NCBI GenBank assembly: GCA_044240055.1
Contig: JBIIAG010000010.1
Location: 18,463 to 82,462, forward strand
Reading direction: 5' to 3'
DNA length: 64,000 bases
Origin: Crocinitomicaceae bacterium
Lineage (GTDB): Bacteria; Bacteroidota; Bacteroidia; Flavobacteriales_D; Crocinitomicaceae
A program made the translations under genes and the position numbers. Of the stretch, positions 1 through 9,469 are shown in pieces. The notes below the pieces were generated by a model, which saw only the letters and a program-made list of their open reading frames with translations, ran no database searches and was not told the DNA's origin. How positions within the stretch are numbered: the stretch's first letter is position 1; the number at the start of each line of letters is the position of its first letter.

Positions 1-935
1 CTTACAACTTTAATGGTGTTTCCCTTACTCAACCTGGTTCATTTCAATCCGTTTTAACTTCTCAAAATGGTTGTGATAGTATCGTAAACCTAAACTTGTC
101 GGTATCCCCTATCTATAGTCAAACACTTGCTCCCCAGATATGTAATGGAGAAACTTATCTGTTCAACAACCAATCTTTTTCCCAAGCAGGAAACTACTTA
201 GTGATCTTACCAACAATCAATGGTTGTGATAGTGCATTCACTATTAACTTAACAGTTAATTCAACCTATACAACCAATGTTTCAGAATCAATTTGTCAAG
301 GTGAAACCTATACAAACAACGGTGTCACGTTTAATCAAACTGGAAACTATACCTTAACTCTTCAAACGGTGAACGGCTGTGATAGTGTCATTTTAATAAA
401 CCTAATTGTTTATCCAATTCCTGCAGCACCCATTTTAACGACTAACCAGCCAGAATGCCCTGGTGATGAGCTTCAATTATCCGCAATTACAGGCGTAAAC
501 TCTGAATTGTTTTGGCAAGGACCAGAGGATTTTTATTCTAGTAATAATCCGATTTCAATTATTGCATCTGATTTAACTGTAGGCACCTACCTGGCCTATT
601 CAACCGAAAATGGTTGTGTTTCTGATACGACTTTTATTTTTACGTCAATCCTGAATCCTGAAGATTTTGAATCAAGAGATTTTCCGAATGTTATTACGCC
701 AAATGGTGATTTAATGAATGACGACTTAAATTTAAAAGAGATTTATAATACTTGTTTAGCCTATGAGTTAAGCATTTTTAATCGCTGGGGTAATCAGGTA
801 TATTTTCAGACAGACGTTACAGCTCCATTTAATGGCGAGTCACAAGATGGAATAGATTTAATAGAAGGAATTTATTTTTATAAATTAAATTATGCCACAG
901 GGCTGAAGTGTGGATTTTTTCATCTTATCAGATAA
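1..935 (+). CDS. T9SS cargo protein, 5'-truncated by the window edge; tandem NGCDS modules and a type B (gliding motility-associated) C-terminal sorting domain
   Basis: The frame of ORF 96..935 stays open back to base 3 (YNFNGVSLTQPGSFQSVLTSQNGCDS...), so the listed start is an artefact. Modules of about 50 aa ending in NGCDS recur at least 4 times. The C-terminus FPNVITPNGDLMNDDL...FNRWGNQVYF...GIYFYKL fits the type B CTD pattern. Confidence 0.8.
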   Translation, partial: YNFNGVSLTQPGSFQSVLTSQNGCDSIVNLNLSVSPIYSQTLAPQICNGETYLFNNQSFSQAGNYLVILPTINGCDSAFTINLTVNSTYTTNVSESICQGETYTNNGVTFNQTGNYTLTLQTVNGCDSVILINLIVYPIPAAPILTTNQPECPGDELQLSAITGVNSELFWQGPEDFYSSNNPISIIASDLTVGTYLAYSTENGCVSDTTFIFTSILNPEDFESRDFPNVITPNGDLMNDDLNLKEIYNTCLAYELSIFNRWGNQVYFQTDVTAPFNGESQDGIDLIEGIYFYKLNYATGLKCGFFHLIR

Positions 936-1064
936 GAGAAAAAACTCCGAAAAGTTTATGCTCCCAATATTTCCATGATTGACAGCAGGAACGCCATTCG
1001 CAGTATTTAAAATGAATGTCCCGTTGATCCTCTAGTCTCTCCCCTTTGGATAAAATTGGTATCT

Positions 1065-1535
1065 CTACTCCAACACCCTTCTTGCCTCTAATACGCGTTT
1101 CGCATAGTTGGTTCCGTTGAGATCAGAAATCACGACCCCGTAATGGCTTTTTGCACTGGAGCAATGAATGAATTTAATTTGTCCATCGGTATTTTCGACG
1201 ACGATGCCTACATGTCCTGCCCGACGATCAGCAGAATTGGTTCCGGTAAAAACCAAACAGTCTCCTTTTTTACATTCATTTAGTTCGACTTTCGTTCCAA
1301 AATTCACAAACTCACTGGACATTCTTGGACTGTTTAATCCGAATGAGCGGTATACAAAACTGGTAAATCCAGAACAATCAAATGATTTCCCTGGACTTGA
1401 TGTGCCGTATTTATAGGTAACTCCTAATTGCTTTTTGGCGAATGAGACCAACGAATCACCATCAAGTGTTATGGTACTTTGCGCCATCGAAAAACCAAAT
1501 AGAAAACAGGCGAAAGTGGTCAAAATGAATTTCAT
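1065..1535 (-). CDS. secreted C40 (NlpC/P60) family peptidoglycan endopeptidase
   Basis: 156 aa with a signal peptide (MKFILTTFACFLFGFSMAQ). It carries the catalytic Cys motif DCSGFTSFVYRSFG and the downstream His motif GHVGIV. Confidence 0.85.
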   Translation of the reverse strand: MKFILTTFACFLFGFSMAQSTITLDGDSLVSFAKKQLGVTYKYGTSSPGKSFDCSGFTSFVYRSFGLNSPRMSSEFVNFGTKVELNECKKGDCLVFTGTNSADRRAGHVGIVVENTDGQIKFIHCSSAKSHYGVVISDLNGTNYAKRVLEARRVLE

Positions 1536-1617
1536 AGCGTAAAAATACGACTTCTTTTAGGTGTGTGCAAAAGAGGTTTGAAGTTCTCCGATTTTAAGAA
1601 AAGTGATCCGTTATAAT

Positions 1618-2412
1618 CTATCTCCACAAAAAATCACTTGCATTTTTCCCTTCCCAGCTTCCCTCCATCTTATACGGGACAAAACGGACGAACATTTCTT
1701 CCTTGTACCAATTGAGTTGTCGGGTCAATGTGACAACTTCTCTGTGTTTTGTATTTTGATATGCATAATCGAGCATTTCTTTCTGCGTTTTCCAAATGCT
1801 GATTGTCGCCTGCTGTATCAAGGGCCATTCACCAATTCCAATCGATAATACGAGTCCATCGTAGCCATCCAAACTTTGACTTACAGAACCTACCCTACTC
1901 CAAAAGGACCAAAGTTTACGAAAACGGATACGCGCTCTGGTTAATACAACAATCGGTTGTTCTGGGTCCAACGACGCACTTTTCTGAAAAGGTTGCAATC
2001 CGTCCCAAAGTCCATGTGCTTCTGCCGAATGTAAATAAGCAGTAAACTGTTCGCTGCTTCGTTTTTTGTACGCAATAAAAAAAGGATGGTCTTGAAAAAA
2101 AGCTTCGGCGTGTTGCTCAGAATCCCACACACAAAAGAGCACATAGGTCCCGAAATTTGGAGTTGCACTGAAGCCATTTTTAGCTCCGGAGCCTAAAATT
2201 TTAAAAAACGTAAGTCCTAGAACATCTTCCAAGTGACGCTTTCCAAGCTGCATTTGTTTCAGTGCCCACCATTTGTTCGAAAATGTTTCTACCTTAAACA
2301 AGGTGCTTGTTGTTATTTGACTCACGGAATTCTCTTTTGAATGATGATTGGCACGGTACTTTCTCTTGAGTAAAATCGACAAAACTAACATTGTCGCATA
2401 GACCAATAGCAA
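1618..2412 (-). CDS. hypothetical protein, possibly of the CrtA (spheroidene monooxygenase)-like / DUF3291-like family
   Basis: 264-aa ORF. The segment FFKILGSGAKNGFSATPNFGTYVLFCVWDSEQHAEAFF resembles, from memory, the CrtA-like family signature. The start is uncertain (N-terminal hydrophobic stretch). Confidence 0.35.
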   Translation of the reverse strand: MLLVYATMLVLSILLKRKYRANHHSKENSVSQITTSTLFKVETFSNKWWALKQMQLGKRHLEDVLGLTFFKILGSGAKNGFSATPNFGTYVLFCVWDSEQHAEAFFQDHPFFIAYKKRSSEQFTAYLHSAEAHGLWDGLQPFQKSASLDPEQPIVVLTRARIRFRKLWSFWSRVGSVSQSLDGYDGLVLSIGIGEWPLIQQATISIWKTQKEMLDYAYQNTKHREVVTLTRQLNWYKEEMFVRFVPYKMEGSWEGKNASDFLWR

Positions 2413-2606
2413 GTGGAAAAGTAGTCATTTATTCTCGTTAACTACAGTGGATCAGGAAGTTTTTTTGTCTGTATAATTATACCTTAAAAGCACTAAAATT
2501 TCAATTTACTTTTCCGGTACCAAACCACACCGCTGGATTTACAATCCTGCCAAAACCATACCCTCGAAGTGAATTTTGTTTTTCTTCTTTTTCCTTTCAC
2601 TTTTGT

Positions 2607-2750
2607 CCGATAATCGGACCGAATATCGGACCAATCATCAGTTATCGATCTTCTATCTACGATAAATGAACATCGAACATCGAAAAACCTACAAGGGTCA
2701 ACGGAAATCGAAAAACGAAAAACGAACATCGGTCATCAAACATCGAATAG
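2607..2750. repeat. low-complexity intergenic block of short tandem words (ATCGGACC x2, GAACATC x2, CGAAAAA x2, CATCGAA x4)
   Basis: Read directly: tccgataatcggaccgaatatcggacc ... gaacatcgaacatcgaaaaac ... aaatcgaaaaacgaaaaacgaacatcggtcatcaaacatcgaatag. It lies upstream of the 2809 gene. Confidence 0.6.
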
Positions 2751-2808
2751 TGAACTCAGTTGAAATTGTTACCAATTACCTTTTTTTCATTATACCAAAA
2801 AGACGCCT

Positions 2809-3822
2809 ATGAAATCATTCTTCCTCCTCCTATTCGTTTTCCTGGGTTTTATAACTGCCGCACAAAGTCAAACCCAACGCTCACCGTACAATGTCATTGA
2901 TGCCTACATGCGTCATTGTCCCGCTACTTCTGAATATAGTATCGAAGATATTGCGTTTTACATCAATCGCTCAGCTCGAACGGATCTTGAAAAGGCTCGT
3001 GCTGTTTATGTTTGGATGACGGATAACGTTTCATACGACGATGAAGCTTTCAACACTGGAGATCTTGGTGATAATTCAGCGGAAAATGTATTGAGAACCC
3101 GAGTGGCCGTTTGCGCCGGATTCGCAAATTTATTTACAGAAATTGCGATCAAAACAGGCATTGAAGCAGTGACCGTATCTGGATACGCTAAAGGCTATGG
3201 TTATTCAGAAGGTGATTCATTTGGGGATGTCGATCATGCATGGAACGCCGTGAAAATTGATGGCGCTTGGAAAATCTACGATGCCACTTGGGGACAAGGT
3301 TCTGCATCTGAAGATAGTCGAGGTCGTATCCAATCCACAAAAAAGTTTGATGATCAATGGTTTAATGCCGACCCAAAACATTCCATTTTCACTCACTTAG
3401 CCGAAATTCCTTACCAAAATTTCCTACCTCAAACCATCAGCATGGCAGAATTCGAACGCCTACCACCATTCCGTCCAAAGGTATTTCAATATGGTCTTTT
3501 TTCAGCTGATGAATTATTGACACAAGTGAAAACAAAAAAGGCCTTCAAGCTTCCAGAAATGCACGCTGTATCTCTTCCATTTCAAATTGTCAGCGCACCT
3601 AAAACACGCACGATCAAACAAAAGGAGCGCATTACGATTGAAATTAAATCCATCGAAGATTTACATTTTAACCTAGTCGATGAACTTGGAGATTGGATTC
3701 CATTTGAGAAAAAAGAAGCTTCCTATGTCTTGAATTTTACCCCCTACAATTATGGCGAAATCCATATCACCGTAGAAACACCCGAAGGGTATTATCCGGT
3801 GCTTGGATATGAGGTGAAGTAA
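2809..3822 (+). CDS. secreted transglutaminase-like cysteine peptidase domain protein
   Basis: Signal peptide MKSFFLLLFVFLGFITAAQS. The Cys-His-Asp core reads VAVCAGFANLF ... DHAWNAVKIDGAWKIYDATWG. Confidence 0.8.
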   Translation: MKSFFLLLFVFLGFITAAQSQTQRSPYNVIDAYMRHCPATSEYSIEDIAFYINRSARTDLEKARAVYVWMTDNVSYDDEAFNTGDLGDNSAENVLRTRVAVCAGFANLFTEIAIKTGIEAVTVSGYAKGYGYSEGDSFGDVDHAWNAVKIDGAWKIYDATWGQGSASEDSRGRIQSTKKFDDQWFNADPKHSIFTHLAEIPYQNFLPQTISMAEFERLPPFRPKVFQYGLFSADELLTQVKTKKAFKLPEMHAVSLPFQIVSAPKTRTIKQKERITIEIKSIEDLHFNLVDELGDWIPFEKKEASYVLNFTPYNYGEIHITVETPEGYYPVLGYEVK

Positions 3823-3929
3823 TGGCCTTACTTATACTGGACATTTTATAGGATATTAAACGTTCTATATCCCTGTCACAAGATGTCTGGAGTCTATGTA
3901 TTTTTCAGAGACAGGAGTAATCTTAGCGC

Positions 3930-6554
3930 TTACTCCTTGATAATTTTAGCCGATTGGAAGTTTCCAGCGATTTGTAAAATATAAATGCCATTAGAAAGTC
4001 CTTGTAAATCAACTTCTGTAGAAAGTCCATTAAGTTTTCCGTTCAGAACCACTCTTCCTAATTGGTCATAGATTTCAAAACCTTGACTCAACATCTCTTC
4101 CCCTTTAATAGTCAAAGAGTTTGAAGTTGGATTTGGATAAATTAAGATTTGATGGTTTACACCACTTAGATCATTTACCGCCAAAACATTCACAAAACCT
4201 TCATAAATACGATGAATCGTAGTGTTGGTAAAGATGGGACTGTTGATGTCAAAATAGATAGCGGCCGTATTTTGAATTTCTGTTCCGGGAACTAAGTTTG
4301 GAACTTGCTCCACATGAAAGGTTACAAACCCATTACTTTCTACTTCATTGGTTGAACTATCCGGTAAATTGATATTAGTAAATGTCCATTCTAATACGCG
4401 CGGACCATACATTTTAAATTCATATGCATGACTTGCGACACCTGGTGTTACGGTGAAAATATTTAAATCAGTATCTAAGGTGTCTCGAATGATAACCGTA
4501 AAGGCTGTATCTGTTCCTGTATTTTGAAAACGTATGATGTATTGCAATTGTTGGTTCGCTTGAATATAATGTTGATCGGTCTGACCCAAAGGAAATCCAG
4601 TTTTATCATTTGGATCGTAGCTTGCGGTAATTACACCACAATAGGTATCGACATCTGGATCTGCATCATCAAGAGGAAATTCGTTAATTATGTTCGAAAT
4701 CAAGTTAGAGGTATCCCCACAAGCTTCAACATAGGCAATTGGATTCGAGTTACCCGGATGAAGTGGATGTTGGTCAACATTTAACATCCAGGTATCACCA
4801 TTTCCAAGGTACGATTGAATGACAGTTTGACCGGCAGGAATAATAATTGAGTCTGTGTACGTAAGCACCCCATTTACTGTTATCCATAAAGGAGCATAAC
4901 AATTCATTTCGCCAATTCCTGGAAGTCCATTGTTCGTAATTGAAAAGAATACACTGTCTCCTAGACACCATCCATCGACACTCAAACTACTCTGATCCCA
5001 TGGCGTTGAACAAGGAACTGGCAATCCATTAATTACCCCTCCGGTTCCGTTATTCATTACTGGAGTGCCGGGAATCACATCTAATGCACAAGCTTGTTCA
5101 GGATATAAGAATGCATCCATGCACAGTGTTAAACCTATTAAATTTTCACACGAAATCGTTGGAGAACTAATCGTAGTTGCAATGCTGATGTTTACGCAAT
5201 TCCCCGGATATATATCTCCAGTTTGAAACCTGTATACATTATTACCTAGAGAAGTATAAGGAATGGAAGTACTTGTAACAGACATTAATGGGTCAAGTTC
5301 AACATCGACATATGAACTTTCTAAAATATCATTAGCTGAATTTTGGTTACAAGCAGAAACATATACCATTTGATTTGGCAAGCAAGGTCTTAAAAAAGGA
5401 GCATAAATACTTACATCAGGATCCGTACAAGGATTAGAGTCAATTAACCCAAAATTTGGAATGGTTTGATTGTTCGCGTCAATGGTAAAACTTTGAGTCA
5501 CTGGACATGTAAGATTCCAATAAAGATTCGTGGTATCTATTGTTATTGTATAGTTATTGTATGGAAGAGAGTCTAATACCCAAAAACCTCCTTGATTCGT
5601 GGTCGCAACATAAGCGCCGGGGTCAATCGTAATATTCACGTTTGGAATACCAATATCTTGAAAATCTTTAATGCAGTTTTGATTGTAATCATAATAGACC
5701 ATACCATAGTTCTTACCGCAAGCCGCACTAGAATTAGACATGAAACTATTTGCTTTGAGCATTACGCCTGAATCGAATGATTGGTCACCAACATTCGCAA
5801 TGCCCATTTTGATGTGATAGACCTCTCCACATACCACATTATGTCCGGTAGACATTAGCGTAGTTGTGCCGTCATATTGAATCGCGTCTCCGTACGCAAT
5901 TCCGTTATCATTAAATACATAATACTGGGTGTTTGAAACATCACCTACCGAATTGATGGTAACAGGTGTGCCATCAGGCAAGGTAGCAAGATTTATTCCC
6001 CCATTTGGGTAACCACCTAATTGATATGGACCACTAATTGCAGGCCCCCATAAAAAGAAGCCAAATACATCATTAAATGAAGAAGGAGAGAACTCTGGGT
6101 ATTCTTCAGACCCGAAAATATAATTGAACGACATTGAATCCCCAACAGCAATAAAATCAAATTCAAGTACCATCCCATTCGTTACATTACCTGCAGCGAT
6201 TTGGCTTAGGTGCGGATCGCTTGAAACCATTGTTGTAGGAGGATTATTATTGGTAAAAGAAGTTGATGTATTTGGGCCTAAAGCTCCAGCTGAATTACCG
6301 GTTGTTAATAATAAACCAGAATTAATTGGGAAAAGGCTATTCGTATTCATGAAGCCTGCTAGATTTCCTGCCGTAAATGATGAATCAATGAGTGTACCAT
6401 TCACAGAAACATTAAAAACAGAAATACCTGCCCCAGAGAATCCTGAAAATTGATTGTTCACCAAATCTTGAACACTCGTATTTTGAACACTAATAGACTG
6501 AGCAAATGTCAGTTGAAAAATATGCAGCAATGCAATTAAGAGTAAATTTCGCAA
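3930..6554 (-). CDS. choice-of-anchor L domain surface protein with a type A T9SS C-terminal sorting domain
   Basis: 874 aa with a signal peptide. N-terminal choice-of-anchor L hallmarks are present (GLLLTTGN, LEFDFIAVGDSMSFNYIFGSEEYPEF, NDVFGFFLWGP, QYDGTT, HIKMGIANVGDQSFDSGVML). The C-terminus LIYPNPTSNSLTI...GIYILQI fits the type A (Por_Secre_tail) CTD. Confidence 0.85.
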   Translation of the reverse strand: MRNLLLIALLHIFQLTFAQSISVQNTSVQDLVNNQFSGFSGAGISVFNVSVNGTLIDSSFTAGNLAGFMNTNSLFPINSGLLLTTGNSAGALGPNTSTSFTNNNPPTTMVSSDPHLSQIAAGNVTNGMVLEFDFIAVGDSMSFNYIFGSEEYPEFSPSSFNDVFGFFLWGPAISGPYQLGGYPNGGINLATLPDGTPVTINSVGDVSNTQYYVFNDNGIAYGDAIQYDGTTTLMSTGHNVVCGEVYHIKMGIANVGDQSFDSGVMLKANSFMSNSSAACGKNYGMVYYDYNQNCIKDFQDIGIPNVNITIDPGAYVATTNQGGFWVLDSLPYNNYTITIDTTNLYWNLTCPVTQSFTIDANNQTIPNFGLIDSNPCTDPDVSIYAPFLRPCLPNQMVYVSACNQNSANDILESSYVDVELDPLMSVTSTSIPYTSLGNNVYRFQTGDIYPGNCVNISIATTISSPTISCENLIGLTLCMDAFLYPEQACALDVIPGTPVMNNGTGGVINGLPVPCSTPWDQSSLSVDGWCLGDSVFFSITNNGLPGIGEMNCYAPLWITVNGVLTYTDSIIIPAGQTVIQSYLGNGDTWMLNVDQHPLHPGNSNPIAYVEACGDTSNLISNIINEFPLDDADPDVDTYCGVITASYDPNDKTGFPLGQTDQHYIQANQQLQYIIRFQNTGTDTAFTVIIRDTLDTDLNIFTVTPGVASHAYEFKMYGPRVLEWTFTNINLPDSSTNEVESNGFVTFHVEQVPNLVPGTEIQNTAAIYFDINSPIFTNTTIHRIYEGFVNVLAVNDLSGVNHQILIYPNPTSNSLTIKGEEMLSQGFEIYDQLGRVVLNGKLNGLSTEVDLQGLSNGIYILQIAGNFQSAKIIKE

Positions 6555-6886
6555 AATATTAAGTATTAGAATTTGTATAAAATTACGTATTAAAACTTGT
6601 AATTAATTATTTTGAGCGACGTTATCAGACATTTGTAAAAATCAATTAGAAAAAATTCTGTAGCACATACGTTGAATTTCACTGCCAATTTGGCTGTCGT
6701 TAAATAAATATTAAATAATTATTGATTATTTTTTTTTCCTTTTACATCGTCTTGAATATTTTATAATTTTGTATAGAACTATTTTGTCTTTACAATTTTA
6801 AGTTTTTATATATATTAGAGTCCAGAAACTATCAAACGGGGCGGAACTGAAAAGCCATATGAGTAAGAAAAAATAAAAAAACTATT

Positions 6887-7591
6887 ATGAAAAAATTAAG
6901 TTTACTTGTTACTGCAGCATTTTGTGTTGCGATTGGTTTAAATTCATGTTCTGTTGAAAAAAGACTTTACCGTCAAGGATTGACAGTTGATTGGAATTCA
7001 GGAATTAAAAAATCTAAACAAGCAGTTGAAGAAGTTGAAGAATCAGAAATTGCATCGAATTCAGTTCAATCGGTATCTAAATCAGAAGTTGTGACATCTA
7101 TTTCTTTAAATGATGAAGCGTCAATCAACAATGAGTTTACTACAGAGACTGTTTCTACTACTGAATACACTCCATCTTACACGGAAAACTCAGCGAACAC
7201 AGAAGAAAATGTGAGCGAAACAAACGTTATCAACCATGATAAAGTGAATGTATCGCAAAACAAAAAGAAAGAAACTTCAAAAGTAATCACGAAAAATAAT
7301 CACAAAAAATCTGTAAAATCAACATCATCTGGATCCATGAGTGATGATGATCTTATTGGAATTATTTTGTGTTTGGTAGGATTAGCACCTTTTGGAGTAA
7401 TGGTTGCAAAAGGAAAAAGAAGTTCTGAATTTAAAACGAATTTGTTGCTTTGGCTTGGTGGATTTGCTTGTATTATTTTGGGTGTTGTACTTGCTATAGG
7501 TGGTTTGTACATTGGGGCAATATTTTCATATTTAGCTTACATTTTATTATTATCATCATTCATTCACGGCCTTCTTTCAATTTTAAGATAG
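6887..7591 (+). CDS. lipoprotein with an S/T/N/E-rich linker and a C-terminal two-TM YqaE/Pmp3-like segment
   Basis: Lipobox GLNSC. A long low-complexity acidic/Ser-Thr region follows. The C-terminal helices LIGIILCLVGLAPFGVMV and LLWLGGFACIILGVVLAIGG...FIHGLLSIL resemble UPF0057/Pmp3 proteolipids. Confidence 0.5.
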   Translation: MKKLSLLVTAAFCVAIGLNSCSVEKRLYRQGLTVDWNSGIKKSKQAVEEVEESEIASNSVQSVSKSEVVTSISLNDEASINNEFTTETVSTTEYTPSYTENSANTEENVSETNVINHDKVNVSQNKKKETSKVITKNNHKKSVKSTSSGSMSDDDLIGIILCLVGLAPFGVMVAKGKRSSEFKTNLLLWLGGFACIILGVVLAIGGLYIGAIFSYLAYILLLSSFIHGLLSILR

Positions 7592-7933
7592 AGGGATAAA
7601 TATTCCCGGTTTATTGCATTTGGATTGTTTGGATTTAATGCAATGAACATTGGAATCTCCTATTTTTACTGTAGCTTTATTATTCCCAATGGCGAAAACA
7701 CTTTTTCTGTTGGGAATATGCTACAAAGTTGCTTGAATTGTGATGATGATTGGTCTTACGAGCTCGTTTCTTTTATCGAACTAAAAATGATGTAATCGTA
7801 ACTTCCAGATTAAAAATTACGTATGTTGGGGCAAATAAAAGGAACAAAATCAAGTAGTGTGAGAGTCTAAATTAAAATTGGACTTTTTCTACTCAATCAA
7901 TCTCAACTCAATTTAAATTTAAAAAACTCATTA

Positions 7934-8596
7934 ATGAAACATTATTTAATTACAATTTTAACCATCTTATCGTGCAATTTGGTTAGTGCTCAAAAACAAG
8001 ATGAAGGGAATTATACCATTGAAATGGAATTGGCTCCTTTAGGTAGTGAACCCTTAAAAATCAATAGTATTCGATTAAGAAAATTCACTTCCGAGAATAT
8101 TGCTCTTCGACTAAGTACATTCATTGGTGGAAAAAGAACACCATCCATCACTCCCAATGGCACTGTGGATTTAAAAAGTGTGAATTCAAATTTTGATTTT
8201 TCAATCCGCCCAGGAATTGAAAAACATTTTGAAGGAACTAGTAAACTATCCCCATACATCGGCTCAGAATTATTTTTAGGATTAGGATCAACAAGTCAAT
8301 CATCCGAAAGTATTTGGGGTTCGAATCAAATCATGACGACTGCAACGAAAAGTAAATCTTCTTCTTTGGGATTGAATCTCGTTTGTGGGGCAGATTACTA
8401 TTTCTCCGATAAAATTTACTTAGGAATCGAAATGGGATATGGTTTTTTACGTGAGGGTAAAGGAAGTAATTCTACCAAATATACAAATCCATCTGACCCA
8501 TCATTGACCGATGACAAAACAAAAGGAAATTCAACAAATTTAAATTGGGGTCCAAATTATCAAGGCACCATTAGATTAGGCTTCTGCATAAAATAA
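7934..8596 (+). CDS. secreted protein, probably a small outer-membrane beta-barrel
   Basis: Signal peptide ending VSAQ. It shows an alternating hydrophobic pattern with aromatic-rich strands (GADYYFSDKIYLGIEMGYGFL, GTIRLGFCIK). Confidence 0.45.
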   Translation: MKHYLITILTILSCNLVSAQKQDEGNYTIEMELAPLGSEPLKINSIRLRKFTSENIALRLSTFIGGKRTPSITPNGTVDLKSVNSNFDFSIRPGIEKHFEGTSKLSPYIGSELFLGLGSTSQSSESIWGSNQIMTTATKSKSSSLGLNLVCGADYYFSDKIYLGIEMGYGFLREGKGSNSTKYTNPSDPSLTDDKTKGNSTNLNWGPNYQGTIRLGFCIK

Positions 8597-8601
8597 AGAT
8601 T

Positions 8602-9426
8602 ATGAAAAATATAGGAATTTTAGCTTTATTGATTTTATTTGGTTTAAACTCTTGTAACAAAAATCACACCTATGTTGCAAAAGAGGAAAAAATGACTTTA
8701 ACTCCAGAACAATACAAAAAGTTCAAGGATAAATTGTCTACTATGCCGATGATTATTAAAGTAAAAGATGAGGTGAATAATCGCTTCGTTGATTTTGATG
8801 TAAGAAATCAAACAGTAACGTTTAATAAATCTTGGAATTTTGCAAACCCTACACCCAATACAATCTATGCTCAAAACGGAAGTATTGTGGTTTATGTGTC
8901 CTCGAATAGCGCAGGATGGGGATCTGGATCACCTACACATACCGTGACTGCAGGAAACACAACATTAAACGTTCAAACATTATGTATGGCGGTTGATGCA
9001 AGCGCTTACGCTGCGATGTTTGCTGGTCAAACAGGATCTTTACCTATTGATGGGATTTCTATAGTAATGGGATTGGATGCTGATTTCAGTTTACTTGCAA
9101 ACTCAAATAGCACAAATTTTGCGAATTATTTTCATGGATTGGCATATTATCTAGTATATGATTTTAATGCTTCAGGTTCTTACGATGTAATTGATTGGAC
9201 AACGATGACATCTTTACCAAATTCTATTGCCTTTGCCATGTTATTTAGTTTTGACTACAACAGTTCAGGTGCATTTTATTTCTCTCAAGATGGTACAATT
9301 AATGTCAGCGGTGGAGATATGACCTTTAATGGAAACTATTGGGGGATTGAAATGGATTTCAACAATTTGAGTCAGTCTTTAACCTACAATTCATATCCAG
9401 GTTCAGGAACGATGGGTTGTCAATAA
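8602..9426 (+). CDS. hypothetical lipoprotein
   Basis: Lipobox GLNSC. It starts 5 nt after the stop of the previous gene. No domain recognised. Confidence 0.5.
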   Translation: MKNIGILALLILFGLNSCNKNHTYVAKEEKMTLTPEQYKKFKDKLSTMPMIIKVKDEVNNRFVDFDVRNQTVTFNKSWNFANPTPNTIYAQNGSIVVYVSSNSAGWGSGSPTHTVTAGNTTLNVQTLCMAVDASAYAAMFAGQTGSLPIDGISIVMGLDADFSLLANSNSTNFANYFHGLAYYLVYDFNASGSYDVIDWTTMTSLPNSIAFAMLFSFDYNSSGAFYFSQDGTINVSGGDMTFNGNYWGIEMDFNNLSQSLTYNSYPGSGTMGCQ

Positions 9427-9469
9427 ATAGCCCCTTAGCGTCGTCATTCATGTTACATTAGATTCAACA

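Noticed and set aside
2493-2729. 78-aa minus-strand ORF in the intergenic region
   Set aside because: It lies across the short-word repeat block. Its translation is low-complexity (runs of F/R/S/D driven by the repeats), and it has no start context or recognisable domain.
6124-6453. 109-aa plus-strand ORF inside the choice-of-anchor L gene; similar antisense or nested ORFs include 1168..1416, 4524..4784, 40795..41172, 41384..41704, 43712..43999, 46457..46936, 50156..50575, 59783..60175 and 60872..61267
   Set aside because: All are fully embedded in longer ORFs on the opposite strand (or in an alternative frame of the same strand) that carry clear family motifs. They are typical shadow ORFs.
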